In this document: piece by piece, positions 11,061-20,045 of the stretch | How the letters are laid out: each line of letters opens with the position of its first letter | How positions within the stretch are numbered: the stretch's first letter is position 1 | Assembly (NCBI RefSeq): GCF_000011805.1 | Contig: NC_006841.2 | Strand: one strand, 5' to 3' | Origin: Aliivibrio fischeri ES114 | GTDB lineage: Bacteria; Pseudomonadota; Gammaproteobacteria; Enterobacterales; Vibrionaceae | DNA length: 32,000 bases | Program-made: the position numbers and the translations under genes | Notes under the pieces: model-generated | What the model was told of the DNA's origin: nothing | The model's database searches: none | Seen by the model: the letters and a program-made list of their open reading frames with translations, nothing else

Positions 11061-11087
11061 AAAGCAGCGTTCAACGCTGCTTTTTTA
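11061..11087. terminator. Intrinsic terminator at the end of the TonB2 cluster, probably bidirectional
   Basis: AAAGCAGCGTTCAACGCTGCTTTTTT hairpin with T-tract. Confidence 0.88.
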
Positions 11088-11110
11088 TTGTTACCATTAA
11101 TGAATATTAT

Positions 11111-11590
11111 TTAATGCAGTGAGTTTGAATTGTGCATATTTGAAGGTGTCTGTTTTTCATTCCAAGCCACACTTGCCATTAATTTAACGTGATTTTCAAT
11201 TAATGTATTAGCTTCATTATTCCATGTGGGTTGATCATGTTGTTGGTTACAGAACTCTAAACTTAATACAGTAATGTGCTGTAGTCGTTTAATACACCAA
11301 TCTTTGATCTCAATATCTGCTGCAGAGTTAAAGGCGGCCATTTCTAACTTTGAGCTGATGTATTGTAATGTTTGAAATGCTTTTGCAATATTATGATACT
11401 TAGCGTGCTCAAAAACTCTTAGGCATCCATCTAGCCAGCAAGCAATCGCTTTACTTTGATTATCGGTTAATTCTGGTCCCCAAATGGATGTTGGCGCTGA
11501 ATAAACCAATTGTTCAAGTGAATCAAGCGACTTATCGTGCTTTGTCTGATACCAATCTGTAACTAAAGCTAACCAAGTATTTAGTGTCAT
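11111..11590 (-). CDS. Hypothetical protein (159 aa), third ORF of the OppDF-like operon
   Basis: Start overlaps the OppF-like stop at 11590, indicating translational coupling; no family recognised by eye. Confidence 0.75.
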   Translation of the reverse strand: MTLNTWLALVTDWYQTKHDKSLDSLEQLVYSAPTSIWGPELTDNQSKAIACWLDGCLRVFEHAKYHNIAKAFQTLQYISSKLEMAAFNSAADIEIKDWCIKRLQHITVLSLEFCNQQHDQPTWNNEANTLIENHVKLMASVAWNEKQTPSNMHNSNSLH

Positions 11591-12522
11591 TATGCTGCCT
11601 CATCCCAATGTTTTACGAAATGATTCGTACCCACTTTTTTATATTCTTCGATAATTATGCTGCTATTTTTCCTAATTTCATCTGCATCTATAGAATAGTT
11701 TGGTTCATTTTTGACCAAATTGCCAAATGGTAAATCAGGATCAGGTACAGCAGATATGAGTAGTTTTGTGTAAGGGTGCTGTGGATTACGTAAAATAGAA
11801 TTAGTATCTCCCCATTCAACAATTTGCCCCTTGTACATAACCGCTGTTTCTTCTGCTATATAATGCGCTGTTGCTAAATCGTGAGTGATATATAAGAATC
11901 CAATCCCAAGCTCTTTTTTCATTCGTTGCATGAGGTTAAGTACACCTAAACGAATTGATACATCAAGCATGGATGTTGGTTCATCAGCTAAAATCATTTT
12001 AGCTCCAACAGCAAGAGCCCTTGCAAGGTTAACTCGTTGACGTTGGCCTCCGCTTAATTCATGAGGAAACTTCGCCAAAGTATCATGATCTAATTCAACG
12101 AGATCTAAAAGTTCTAGAAGGCGATGAGCTATTTCTTTATTCCCCTTAACTTGTTTATGAATCTTAAGAGGACGGGTTAAATGGTGTTCAATTGTATGTG
12201 TTGGATTCAATGAACCAAAAGGATCTTGGAAAACCATTTGTACTTGGCTACGGTAATTGAGAATCTCTTTTGATGAACGAATATTATCAATGTTTTTCCC
12301 ATCAAAGAGGATTTCACCTTCAGTTGTTGGGTATACTTTAGTTATGAGCCGAGCACAGGTACTTTTGCCACAACCTGATTCGCCAACTAGGGCTAATGTT
12401 TTTCCTGCATAGAGGTTAAAACTGATCCCTTGTAAGGCTTTAAAATTTTCTTCTTTAGCAAACCCACCACCAATGGTGAACTCTTTTACTACGTTCTTAA
12501 CTTCTATAAGTGGCTGAGTCAT
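11590..12522 (-). CDS. ABC transporter ATP-binding protein, Opp/Dpp-F type
   Basis: 310 aa; Walker [10 protein letters not shown], signature [15 protein letters not shown], Walker [23 protein letters not shown]. Confidence 0.93.
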   Translation of the reverse strand: MTQPLIEVKNVVKEFTIGGGFAKEENFKALQGISFNLYAGKTLALVGESGCGKSTCARLITKVYPTTEGEILFDGKNIDNIRSSKEILNYRSQVQMVFQDPFGSLNPTHTIEHHLTRPLKIHKQVKGNKEIAHRLLELLDLVELDHDTLAKFPHELSGGQRQRVNLARALAVGAKMILADEPTSMLDVSIRLGVLNLMQRMKKELGIGFLYITHDLATAHYIAEETAVMYKGQIVEWGDTNSILRNPQHPYTKLLISAVPDPDLPFGNLVKNEPNYSIDADEIRKNSSIIIEEYKKVGTNHFVKHWDEAA

Positions 12523-13385
12523 AATATTGCACCTTCTGTTGACTGTTGTGAAACAGGGGCATTGTGAACTTCATGAATATTCGGGAAAGATGCCCATAAT
12601 TTTTTTGTATAAGGATGTTGAGGATTCTTTCTTATTTCTTGTGATGTGCCGACTTCAACAATTTCGCCGTAGCGCATAATTGCAATTCGATCGCAGAGCT
12701 GACTCATTAATGCTAAATCATGAGTTATAAATAAGACGGAAAAACCGAACTCTTCTTTTAATTGAAATATTTGCTGAAGAATCTCTCGTTGAACAACGAC
12801 ATCCAGTGCTGTTGTCGGTTCGTCCATAATGATTAGTTTTGGACTTAGAGAAAGGGCTATAGCAATAACTAGGCGTTGTCGCATACCGCCACTAAATTGA
12901 TGAGGGTATTCTGATAGACGCTCTCTGGGGATATTGACTAAATCTAATAATTTTTCAGCTCTGTCTTTTGCTTGGTCGTTGTTCATTGCTTTATGATGTC
13001 GGAGTACATCTGCAAATTGTTCTTGAATAGGAAGAACTGGATTGAGGGAGTTCATTGCACTTTGGAAAACCATAGCAATTTCGCTCCAACGAATAGCGTT
13101 TAATTGACCGTCAGATAAGCGCAATAAATCTTTGTTTTGAAAAAGAATGCTGCCGGAAGATATAAATGCAGGCGGCTTATGCAGTCGGTTAATAGCAAAT
13201 GCTATCGTACTTTTTCCACAACCTGATTCTCCTGCTAGTCCGAATATCTCCCCCTTTCCTACATCGAAACTTACTGATTTGACAGCATGAAAATCTCCAT
13301 TGTCAGTGATGTAATCGACGCATAACCCTTTTATTTGCAATAACGGATCGGAGTGTGTTCCATTTGTTATTCTGTTTGTTGTCAT
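12519..13385 (-). CDS. ABC transporter ATP-binding protein, Opp/Dpp-D type
   Basis: 288 aa; Walker [10 protein letters not shown], signature FSGGMRQRLVIAIAL, Walker [23 protein letters not shown]; 4-bp overlap with the downstream ATPase. Confidence 0.93.
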   Translation of the reverse strand: MTTNRITNGTHSDPLLQIKGLCVDYITDNGDFHAVKSVSFDVGKGEIFGLAGESGCGKSTIAFAINRLHKPPAFISSGSILFQNKDLLRLSDGQLNAIRWSEIAMVFQSAMNSLNPVLPIQEQFADVLRHHKAMNNDQAKDRAEKLLDLVNIPRERLSEYPHQFSGGMRQRLVIAIALSLSPKLIIMDEPTTALDVVVQREILQQIFQLKEEFGFSVLFITHDLALMSQLCDRIAIMRYGEIVEVGTSQEIRKNPQHPYTKKLWASFPNIHEVHNAPVSQQSTEGAIL

Positions 13386-13406
13386 TTATTTTTACCACAT
13401 GAGAAA

Positions 13407-13425
13407 GATAATGATTATCATTATT
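13407..13425. promoter_or_regulatory. Fur box upstream of the OppDF-like operon
   Basis: GATAATGATTATCATTATT matches 17/19 of GATAATGATAATCATTATC, 21 bp upstream of the OppD-like start. Confidence 0.85.
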
Positions 13426-13682
13426 ATCACGAGCTTTCATTTTATAAAAGACGCTCAAAGTAAATAAGAGATATGAGTCGAAATAAGTATGTAATGGCAA
13501 GTAATAAGATTCACCACGATGAAAGAGGCAGATAAACAAGGTGTCTCATTTATGATATTTGATCTCAGAAAGACAAATTAGAGTATTGACTTTAATTTTG
13601 TCTCATTTTTGGTATGGTTGGGGTAAGGACAAATTTGAATGGATTCAAAATCAATACAATAACTATAAATAAGGAATGCTGT

Positions 13683-14819
13683 ATGAACAAATTAACAGCG
13701 CTACTCGTGTTTTGCTTGATGACTCCTGCTATGGCTGCGGCACAAGATGATGTGTCTAAGCGAGCTCTGGCACAAGAGTTAAGCCGTGCTTTTCCACAAT
13801 TAGAAAACAATTTAAAAAGTACCATTAATCAGTATCAAATGAGTGCTTCATTATCTGATTTATCAACTCAAACTAAACCTCAACCACAAGTTCGCACTTT
13901 TATGGCTGCAATGACAACAGCAAATAAAACTGAGATCCAAGCTCGTGGTTTAGAAAAATATACCGACGAATTGCTTGAATTGCGCTTAGCTGATCCAAGT
14001 ATGTTAGCTCGCTGGCAAGCAGGTCAAAGTCCATTATTTGCCTTTGAACCAGAAGGGGCTGAGAGCGAATGGCAATACATCGAGGCTTATGATATTGATG
14101 GCAACCTTCACTATTTAGATGTTTATGATATTCCAGAGCGCCCAGTATTAGTGGTTGATACTAATAACCGTGAAGAGCTGAAAGCTGGTTTAGCGTTAAT
14201 GCGTGATGAGTTTAAAGCACTGCAATCTAGTGAACCAAGTGAAAAGGTGAAACCTGCCCCTTATGCTATGTTAAGAGCTGCTGCGGAACCTACTGAAATT
14301 AATACCACTATCTTAAAGAAAATTCAGTTAAAAGATGATCACGAACCTTGGATTTCTGGCAAGGCAGAAATATACGCAATAGTATCTGGCGTCAGTCCTT
14401 CAAGAGACGAACCAACGATTGATGTGATTGAAATGCCTTATTTAGATTACGCAGAGCAATCTTACCCGGCTAATCAGATTATGGTTTTTTGGGATCGTTA
14501 TCGTTGGGGTGCCGCTGATATTATTTTAATGGAACAAGATGATAAAACGGATTATAAACAGTTAGCGCAAACGATCTTAAAAGCAGCCAGTGATTTTTTA
14601 GCGACCATTCCTGATAAGGAAGCGCAGACGTATTTGATTATTCCTCAAATGACGAGTGCAATTATAGCGTTACTTCCTGATGATTTATTCGTTAACGATG
14701 ACGATTTTGTTGATGTGTTTTACACCATAATGAAAGACACTGAATACACGGAACACTCAGGCGCTGGAAACAACGCAACTGCAGATTTTGCACCGTTAAT
14801 TATTCAAAAAACTCAATAG
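13683..14819 (+). CDS. Secreted protein of unknown function (possibly DUF3103 family); track start 13614 probably too early
   Basis: From ATG 13683: 378 aa with signal peptide MNKLTALLVFCLMTPAMAAAQDD; AAGGA Shine-Dalgarno-like sequence just upstream. Family assignment from memory only. Confidence 0.75.
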   Translation: MNKLTALLVFCLMTPAMAAAQDDVSKRALAQELSRAFPQLENNLKSTINQYQMSASLSDLSTQTKPQPQVRTFMAAMTTANKTEIQARGLEKYTDELLELRLADPSMLARWQAGQSPLFAFEPEGAESEWQYIEAYDIDGNLHYLDVYDIPERPVLVVDTNNREELKAGLALMRDEFKALQSSEPSEKVKPAPYAMLRAAAEPTEINTTILKKIQLKDDHEPWISGKAEIYAIVSGVSPSRDEPTIDVIEMPYLDYAEQSYPANQIMVFWDRYRWGAADIILMEQDDKTDYKQLAQTILKAASDFLATIPDKEAQTYLIIPQMTSAIIALLPDDLFVNDDDFVDVFYTIMKDTEYTEHSGAGNNATADFAPLIIQKTQ

Positions 14820-14836
14820 TATCTTACTTTAATAAG

Positions 14837-14868
14837 AGTGACTTAAAGGCTTAGTTCTTTAAGTCACT
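14837..14868. terminator. Bidirectional hairpin between convergent genes
   Basis: Perfect 12-bp stem AGTGACTTAAAG (14837-14848) / CTTTAAGTCACT (14857-14868). Confidence 0.7.
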
Positions 14869-14871
14869 TAT

Positions 14872-15270
14872 TTAATATCCAAACCCTGTCATCCCATTAA
14901 GTACAATATTGTTGTAACTTACCACTCCCACTATTTCTCCGTGCCTGAGCACTGGAGCACGACTGATTCCAAAACGCTCAAATAGCTGAGCGCAATATTT
15001 TATGTTCATATCAGGTGAGACAGAAAGCACAGGTTTTGTCATGATTTCATAAATATTGGTTCTCTCTGCTGAGCGGTTTTGCATGAGCACTTTTTTGGCA
15101 ATATCGTTCAATAATACGATCCCGTACTCATCATCATCGTGTCGTTTTTTTATTATGAGTTCTTTTACTTGTTTTTGTTTAGCTAATAAGATCCCTTCGG
15201 CTACTGTCATTAGACCATCAACAATAACGTAGGTATTGGACATAACGTTTTCGACTTTTATTTTATTCAT
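14872..15270 (-). CDS. Stand-alone CBS domain-pair protein
   Basis: 132 aa with two CBS-type units (VENVMSNTYVIVDGLMTVAEG..., IYEIMTKPVLSVSPDMNIKYCAQLFERFGISRAPVLRHGEIVGVVSYNNI). Confidence 0.8.
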   Translation of the reverse strand: MNKIKVENVMSNTYVIVDGLMTVAEGILLAKQKQVKELIIKKRHDDDEYGIVLLNDIAKKVLMQNRSAERTNIYEIMTKPVLSVSPDMNIKYCAQLFERFGISRAPVLRHGEIVGVVSYNNIVLNGMTGFGY

Positions 15271-15571
15271 GACTTTTCTACTACATCTTTAGTTCACGCA
15301 GTCCTTGATGAACAACCTCAAGTGTATCTTCAAGAACAATTAGTAACTGATATAGTATTTCAATTTTATGTCGTTTTTATGTCATTTATATTGTGTCTAT
15401 TTAAAGGTGGTTGGTTGTTTATCAGACAGGGGTGAGATACTTGAACTAAGTGCTTGTTCTATAAATTGAAAGGAATTAGGCATATAAGATATGAACTAAA
15501 TTTTAGATGCTATCCCCCAAATTCTAGTAGGTATTTATAATTGCCCTAAACCAATTTTGAGGCAGTAATTG

Positions 15572-15721
15572 ATGGATAAATATGACTTAGAAAAGCAAGT
15601 GCTAGTGAAAGTTATGAAAAAAGATCTTGAATTAGCATTGGTAGCTAAAGACATTAGTAAGGCTGATATCATACGTATGTTGAGTTATTTCATTAAAAAA
15701 ACCGAAGCCTTGAGTGAATAA
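15572..15721 (+). CDS. Small hypothetical protein (49 aa), not in the supplied ORF track
   Basis: ATG...TAA encoding MDKYDLEKQVLVKVMKKDLELALVAKDISKADIIRMLSYFIKKTEALSE; GAGG about 9-10 nt upstream of ATG; terminator hairpin immediately downstream. Confidence 0.6.
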   Translation: MDKYDLEKQVLVKVMKKDLELALVAKDISKADIIRMLSYFIKKTEALSE

Positions 15722-15730
15722 ATTTTAAGT

Positions 15731-15770
15731 AAAAGCTAATTGAATCTCCCCCTATCAATTAGCTTTTTTT
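15731..15770. terminator. Intrinsic terminator
   Basis: AAAAGCTAATTGA ... TCAATTAGCTTTTTTT hairpin with T-tract. Confidence 0.85.
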
Positions 15771-15771
15771 G

Positions 15772-16374
15772 TTATTCGGATACTTGTATTTTTCGCACTT
15801 GATAGCCAAAGCCTAATGCGCTGTATGCTAACAAAGAATAGCCGAGTAATTCAGTACCTTCTTCCGCTAGATTCTTAACCGTTCGAATATAATCACCTTG
15901 TAGTAGAATTTGCCATAAGTGATTCATACCAACTAAACGAGAAAAAACCAGAACCACAACTAACGCACAACTCATCGTGTAGAAGTAACGGCTATCGAAG
16001 AACTTTGCAGAGGTGGAAAGTAAGCCTTGCTTATCTTTTAGAGCAAAGAAAATACACACGAAGGTGACGATAAGTGCTGGCACAAGCCAAAATCCATGAT
16101 AAACCTTATCAAGGACACCATCGCATTCTCTAATGAACATGCAACTAAAAAAGCCGACGACTAAGATAGCAAATGAACGTGCCTTAGGGTTTATTTTTGC
16201 TATGTAACTGAATGATAAGATAACAATTAAAAGTAAAAATTGTTGGTAGTATTCAGTCAGTGACTGCTCACTTACCCCATCTTTTAATGTGATAATGTCA
16301 GTACGAATAACGAGATAGGCAATGGCTACAACAACGCATTGAATAAAGAATTGAAGCAGTCCTCTTTGGATCAT
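15772..16374 (-). CDS. Integral membrane protein of unknown function (track start 16410; ATG of MIQRGLLQFF at 16374 preferred)
   Basis: About 200 aa with multiple hydrophobic segments (FFIQCVVVAIAYLVI, FLLLIVILSFSYI, GFWLVPALIVTFVCIFFAL). Confidence 0.65.
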   Translation of the reverse strand: MIQRGLLQFFIQCVVVAIAYLVIRTDIITLKDGVSEQSLTEYYQQFLLLIVILSFSYIAKINPKARSFAILVVGFFSCMFIRECDGVLDKVYHGFWLVPALIVTFVCIFFALKDKQGLLSTSAKFFDSRYFYTMSCALVVVLVFSRLVGMNHLWQILLQGDYIRTVKNLAEEGTELLGYSLLAYSALGFGYQVRKIQVSE

Positions 16375-16528
16375 TTTGATCTCTTTGGACTTTGAGTAGG
16401 AAAAAAGCATAACAGCCTCTCAAATAACGAACGGTTTGTTAGTATAAGAGGCTATTGAATGTAGATATGTATCTATTTATAAAAAATAGGATTCCATAAC
16501 AGCGGGCTGGTATACCTTAAAATTGTAA

Positions 16529-17467
16529 TTATGCGTAATTCATAATATAAAACAATGAGGTAGTTGAAATGATTACCCAAAGCGTGATCCCAAAAATAAG
16601 GGGCTTTGCACCAGCCGCTTTAATTTTTTCGATTGAAATGCCACATCCAATAAAGAATAAGCATAAAACCAGTAGTTTTTTCGATACATCAAAAATACCG
16701 TTATAAACGACATCAAATTGTGGCAGGTTATCGCTTATCAGTATGGCTAAACAATAAAAAACAATGAAGTAAGGAATAGTGATTTTCTTGCTATTGCTTC
16801 TGAATAACAAAGCACTGATTAGAGCAACAGGTACAATCCATAAAGCACGAGCCAATTTTAATGTAGTGGCTGTTTTAAGTGCTTCTTCGCCATAAGCAGA
16901 CGCTGCCCCTACAACAGAAGAGGTGTCATGAATAGCGATTGCTGCCCATGTTCCGAAGGTGTGTTGGCTTAGCTCTAATGCATGACCAATGACAGGAAAG
17001 ATGAAGAGTGCTATAGAATTAAGAACAAATACAGTAGCAAGAGCAAGCCCTGTAGATTCTTCATCTGCATTAATCGCTGGAGCGACAGCTGCAATAGCAC
17101 TTCCGCCACAAATCGCTGTACCTGAAGCAATTAGGTGTCCTGTGACTTTATCTAATTTCATCTGTTTTGCTAATAGCCAACCTAAAATTAGGGTTCCTGT
17201 AATAGTGGCTAAAATAATACCGATGCCATTTGATGTCGCTTCAATGGCTTCATTCAGTTGAATGCCAAACCCTAGCCCAACAATAGAGTAAGCCAATAGT
17301 TTTTTTGTGACTTTGCCAAGAGCAAAATTGGTTGGAACGAATCCGAAACTGGCAAGAGCAAAGCCCATAACTAACGCGGTTGGAGAACTAATCCAAGGCG
17401 TAAGAGTAAGTAGTGCTGCGATATAAAAAGGAGAGTAGTGTAGTAAGTGTTGTTTATTAAAAGTCAT
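16529..17467 (-). CDS. YeiH/UPF0324-family putative sulfate exporter (track start 17506; ATG MTFNKQH at 17467 preferred)
   Basis: Multi-TM; family-like motifs [53 protein letters not shown] and [22 protein letters not shown]. Confidence 0.88.
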   Translation of the reverse strand: MTFNKQHLLHYSPFYIAALLTLTPWISSPTALVMGFALASFGFVPTNFALGKVTKKLLAYSIVGLGFGIQLNEAIEATSNGIGIILATITGTLILGWLLAKQMKLDKVTGHLIASGTAICGGSAIAAVAPAINADEESTGLALATVFVLNSIALFIFPVIGHALELSQHTFGTWAAIAIHDTSSVVGAASAYGEEALKTATTLKLARALWIVPVALISALLFRSNSKKITIPYFIVFYCLAILISDNLPQFDVVYNGIFDVSKKLLVLCLFFIGCGISIEKIKAAGAKPLIFGITLWVIISTTSLFYIMNYA

Positions 17468-17736
17468 CTTGAGAATTCTTGGGTACAGGAAAATGAAAGA
17501 TACCATTTTTTATTTATTTAGTAAGTTTAATTAATCCGTATGTATAGTTTAATAATACTTAACCCTAGTAAGGGTTTTACTAAACGTTTCTATTTAAGTT
17601 AATTACTCTGGATTTGTCAAAAAATGCAATAAACTTAAGAGGGTTATGCTCTTATAAATTAATGGTCATTCGGTATACTTTTTAAACAATATAAAAATAT
17701 AAATAACGTCAGATGGAAAGAACCTAGGGAGGGTAA

Positions 17737-18987
17737 ATGGATAAATCAAAGACGATAGAAGAAATAAAACAAATAGACAGCGTACTCCAATGGAACCGTC
17801 TTTCTCGTTTTAATCATATGATTTGGACTGTACTGACCGGAACGCTGCTTGCTCGAACTACTTACTTTATGGCATGGCCTTTTCTTATTGTTATCCTTTA
17901 TCAAGATTTTAATGCCAGGGCGGTAACCGTCGGAGCTATTTTGGCTGGTTCTGCTGTGGTGGGGTCGTTCACTGGATTATATTCAGGTTGGTTGTCAGAT
18001 AAGTTTGGTCGTAAATGGGTCATGATATGGGGATGTATTATTGCAGCTTTTTCTTATGCAGGGATTGGGATTGCAACATCAATATTTCAGCTATTTATTT
18101 TAGTGGGTATGTGTGGGTTGATGCGCCCAATGATAGAGGCGCCAGCAAAAGCGGTGATTGGAGACAATTTAGATGATGAAAAAGACAGAGAACTAGCCCT
18201 TAATGTCCGTTATTTTTTAATTAACGTTGGTGGGGCAATTGGTCCTTTAATTGGTATAACACTTGGACTAGCTCATCCTAAAGTATTATTTTTAATTACT
18301 GGTGTTACTTATTTAGCTTTTGGCCTTTTTTTATTTATCTCTTTTGCCAAAAGTAATAGTGAAATCTTATTATCTAAAGCGACATCTGATGTCACTTCAT
18401 TTTTATCGACAGTCCGCATTATTAGTAAAGATAGATTATTTATCAAGTTACTTGCAGCCAACGTAATAATGATGTTTGTGTATGGTCAATATGAGTCATC
18501 TATACCGCAAGTTATTGTCCGAACGGATATTGTCGATGCAGCTAAATTTGTTAGTGGCTTAGTATTGGTAAATACATTGACGATTGTCGTATTGCAGTTT
18601 CCGATGCTTAAGTTACTTGAGAATATTCCTTTATTTGTGCGAACTCGCATAGGCATGGCATTGATGGCATTAGCACAATTGGCATTTTTACTGGTTCCAG
18701 TGGATTTCCCTACAGGTTGGTTAATGGCGTGCTTTATTTTAAGTGTGGGAGAGGTGATTGCTTTTCCTACGTTAAATGTACAGATAGACCAATTGGCACC
18801 AAAACATTTACGCGGTAGTTATTTTGGTGCCGCTGCAATATATGGATTGGGTTTTGCGCTCGCGCCTTTAGTGGGAGGGCTTTTGATTCAACTAGGCGGA
18901 GCTACACCATTATTTATTGCTTGTTTTGTACTGTCTTTATTAATGATTGGATTATATAAGTGGGCTGAAAGAGAAGTACCTTCTTAG
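17737..18987 (+). CDS. Major facilitator superfamily transporter
   Basis: 416 aa, about 12 hydrophobic segments, MFS motif GWLSDKFGRKWVMIWG after TM2. Confidence 0.88.
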   Translation: MDKSKTIEEIKQIDSVLQWNRLSRFNHMIWTVLTGTLLARTTYFMAWPFLIVILYQDFNARAVTVGAILAGSAVVGSFTGLYSGWLSDKFGRKWVMIWGCIIAAFSYAGIGIATSIFQLFILVGMCGLMRPMIEAPAKAVIGDNLDDEKDRELALNVRYFLINVGGAIGPLIGITLGLAHPKVLFLITGVTYLAFGLFLFISFAKSNSEILLSKATSDVTSFLSTVRIISKDRLFIKLLAANVIMMFVYGQYESSIPQVIVRTDIVDAAKFVSGLVLVNTLTIVVLQFPMLKLLENIPLFVRTRIGMALMALAQLAFLLVPVDFPTGWLMACFILSVGEVIAFPTLNVQIDQLAPKHLRGSYFGAAAIYGLGFALAPLVGGLLIQLGGATPLFIACFVLSLLMIGLYKWAEREVPS

Positions 18988-19013
18988 TGATCTACTAAAT
19001 AGATCAATGTACT

Positions 19014-19964
19014 TTAATGTTTTTCAGATAAATACGTCACTACAGCACTATGATCAGAACCAGAAAATTGGCTTAACACTTCACGTTTACAAATGAAAAG
19101 TGAAGGTGATTCAGTGTTTCTTATCCAAAGATGGTCTATCGCAATTCGAGAGAAAGAAGGTATTGGGAGGCCTTTTATCTCTCGTGGCCAGCTCTGTAAT
19201 GGGGCGGTGTGGTAATCTTGATAAGCGTCTATAAATCGTCTTGTATTTGCAGATAAATTAAAGTCACCGATGATAAGAGTATCCCCATAAGGTGAATAGT
19301 CAGATAATCGTTCTAAACTTCCTATTAATGCGTTTCTTTCATGCCAAAGTTGTTCTGACCTTGGCGATGGTGGATGAGCTGTATATAAGCTAACAGGACG
19401 ATGTTTACTGCTTTGCCAAACGCCACTTATCATGTAATGCCCCGCTGGTGTGTTTTGTGCTTTCAGATTTAATGGTTGTTTGCTGATGATCATTTGTCCA
19501 CTTGGATAACCTAACCCAGGAGTTCCACCAAATTGATATGGATACTTATCGATTAATTCCATAAATCGATCACCATGCCATGGTGCTGTTTCTTGTAATA
19601 CGACTAAATCGATCTCGTTTTTCTCTAAATAATCCAAAAATGGCGTGAGGTTAGGGTTGGTGTAATACAGGTTATATTGAACAATGGTTAAAGGGTCTAC
19701 ACACTGACCATTGCTGTAGCTTGAGGGAGGACAAAGCATAAACCATATACAAGATAATAAAAGCGCTAATCCTGAAAAAGCATAATAGTGAAGAAAAGCC
19801 AAAACAATGCTGAGCCCAATATAGTAGGTAACTAAAATACTTGGTATGCCTGTTATGTTTTCAAACCACCAGAGGTTGGATAGCTCAAAAGACATGCCCC
19901 AGATAGCAGAGGGTAACAGTAAAATGAATACCAATATAATTAAATTTGATGGACACTTTAGCAT
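19014..19964 (-). CDS. Endonuclease/exonuclease/phosphatase (EEP) family protein with N-terminal TM helices
   Basis: 316 aa; QYNLYYTNPN, DLVVLQETAPWH, LIIGDFNLSANT, IAIDHLW, FSGSDHSAVVTYL. Confidence 0.87.
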   Translation of the reverse strand: MLKCPSNLIILVFILLLPSAIWGMSFELSNLWWFENITGIPSILVTYYIGLSIVLAFLHYYAFSGLALLLSCIWFMLCPPSSYSNGQCVDPLTIVQYNLYYTNPNLTPFLDYLEKNEIDLVVLQETAPWHGDRFMELIDKYPYQFGGTPGLGYPSGQMIISKQPLNLKAQNTPAGHYMISGVWQSSKHRPVSLYTAHPPSPRSEQLWHERNALIGSLERLSDYSPYGDTLIIGDFNLSANTRRFIDAYQDYHTAPLQSWPREIKGLPIPSFSRIAIDHLWIRNTESPSLFICKREVLSQFSGSDHSAVVTYLSEKH

Positions 19965-20045
19965 TCAACACTCATCCGTAAGTGATTGTCGTTAATACTA
20001 AGTATGGTATATAAACTTGAGTTGTGTTGAATGTAATTAATTTTC

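Noticed and set aside
13303-13825. Minus-strand ORFs 13303..13539 and 13592..13825
   Set aside because: They overlap the Fur-box intergenic region or the start of the secreted-protein gene, with non-coherent composition and no motif; probably chance ORFs.
18989-19005. GATCTA-ctaaa-TAGATC hairpin after the MFS gene
   Set aside because: Only 6-bp stem and no T-tract; too weak to call a terminator or operator, though it lies between convergent genes.
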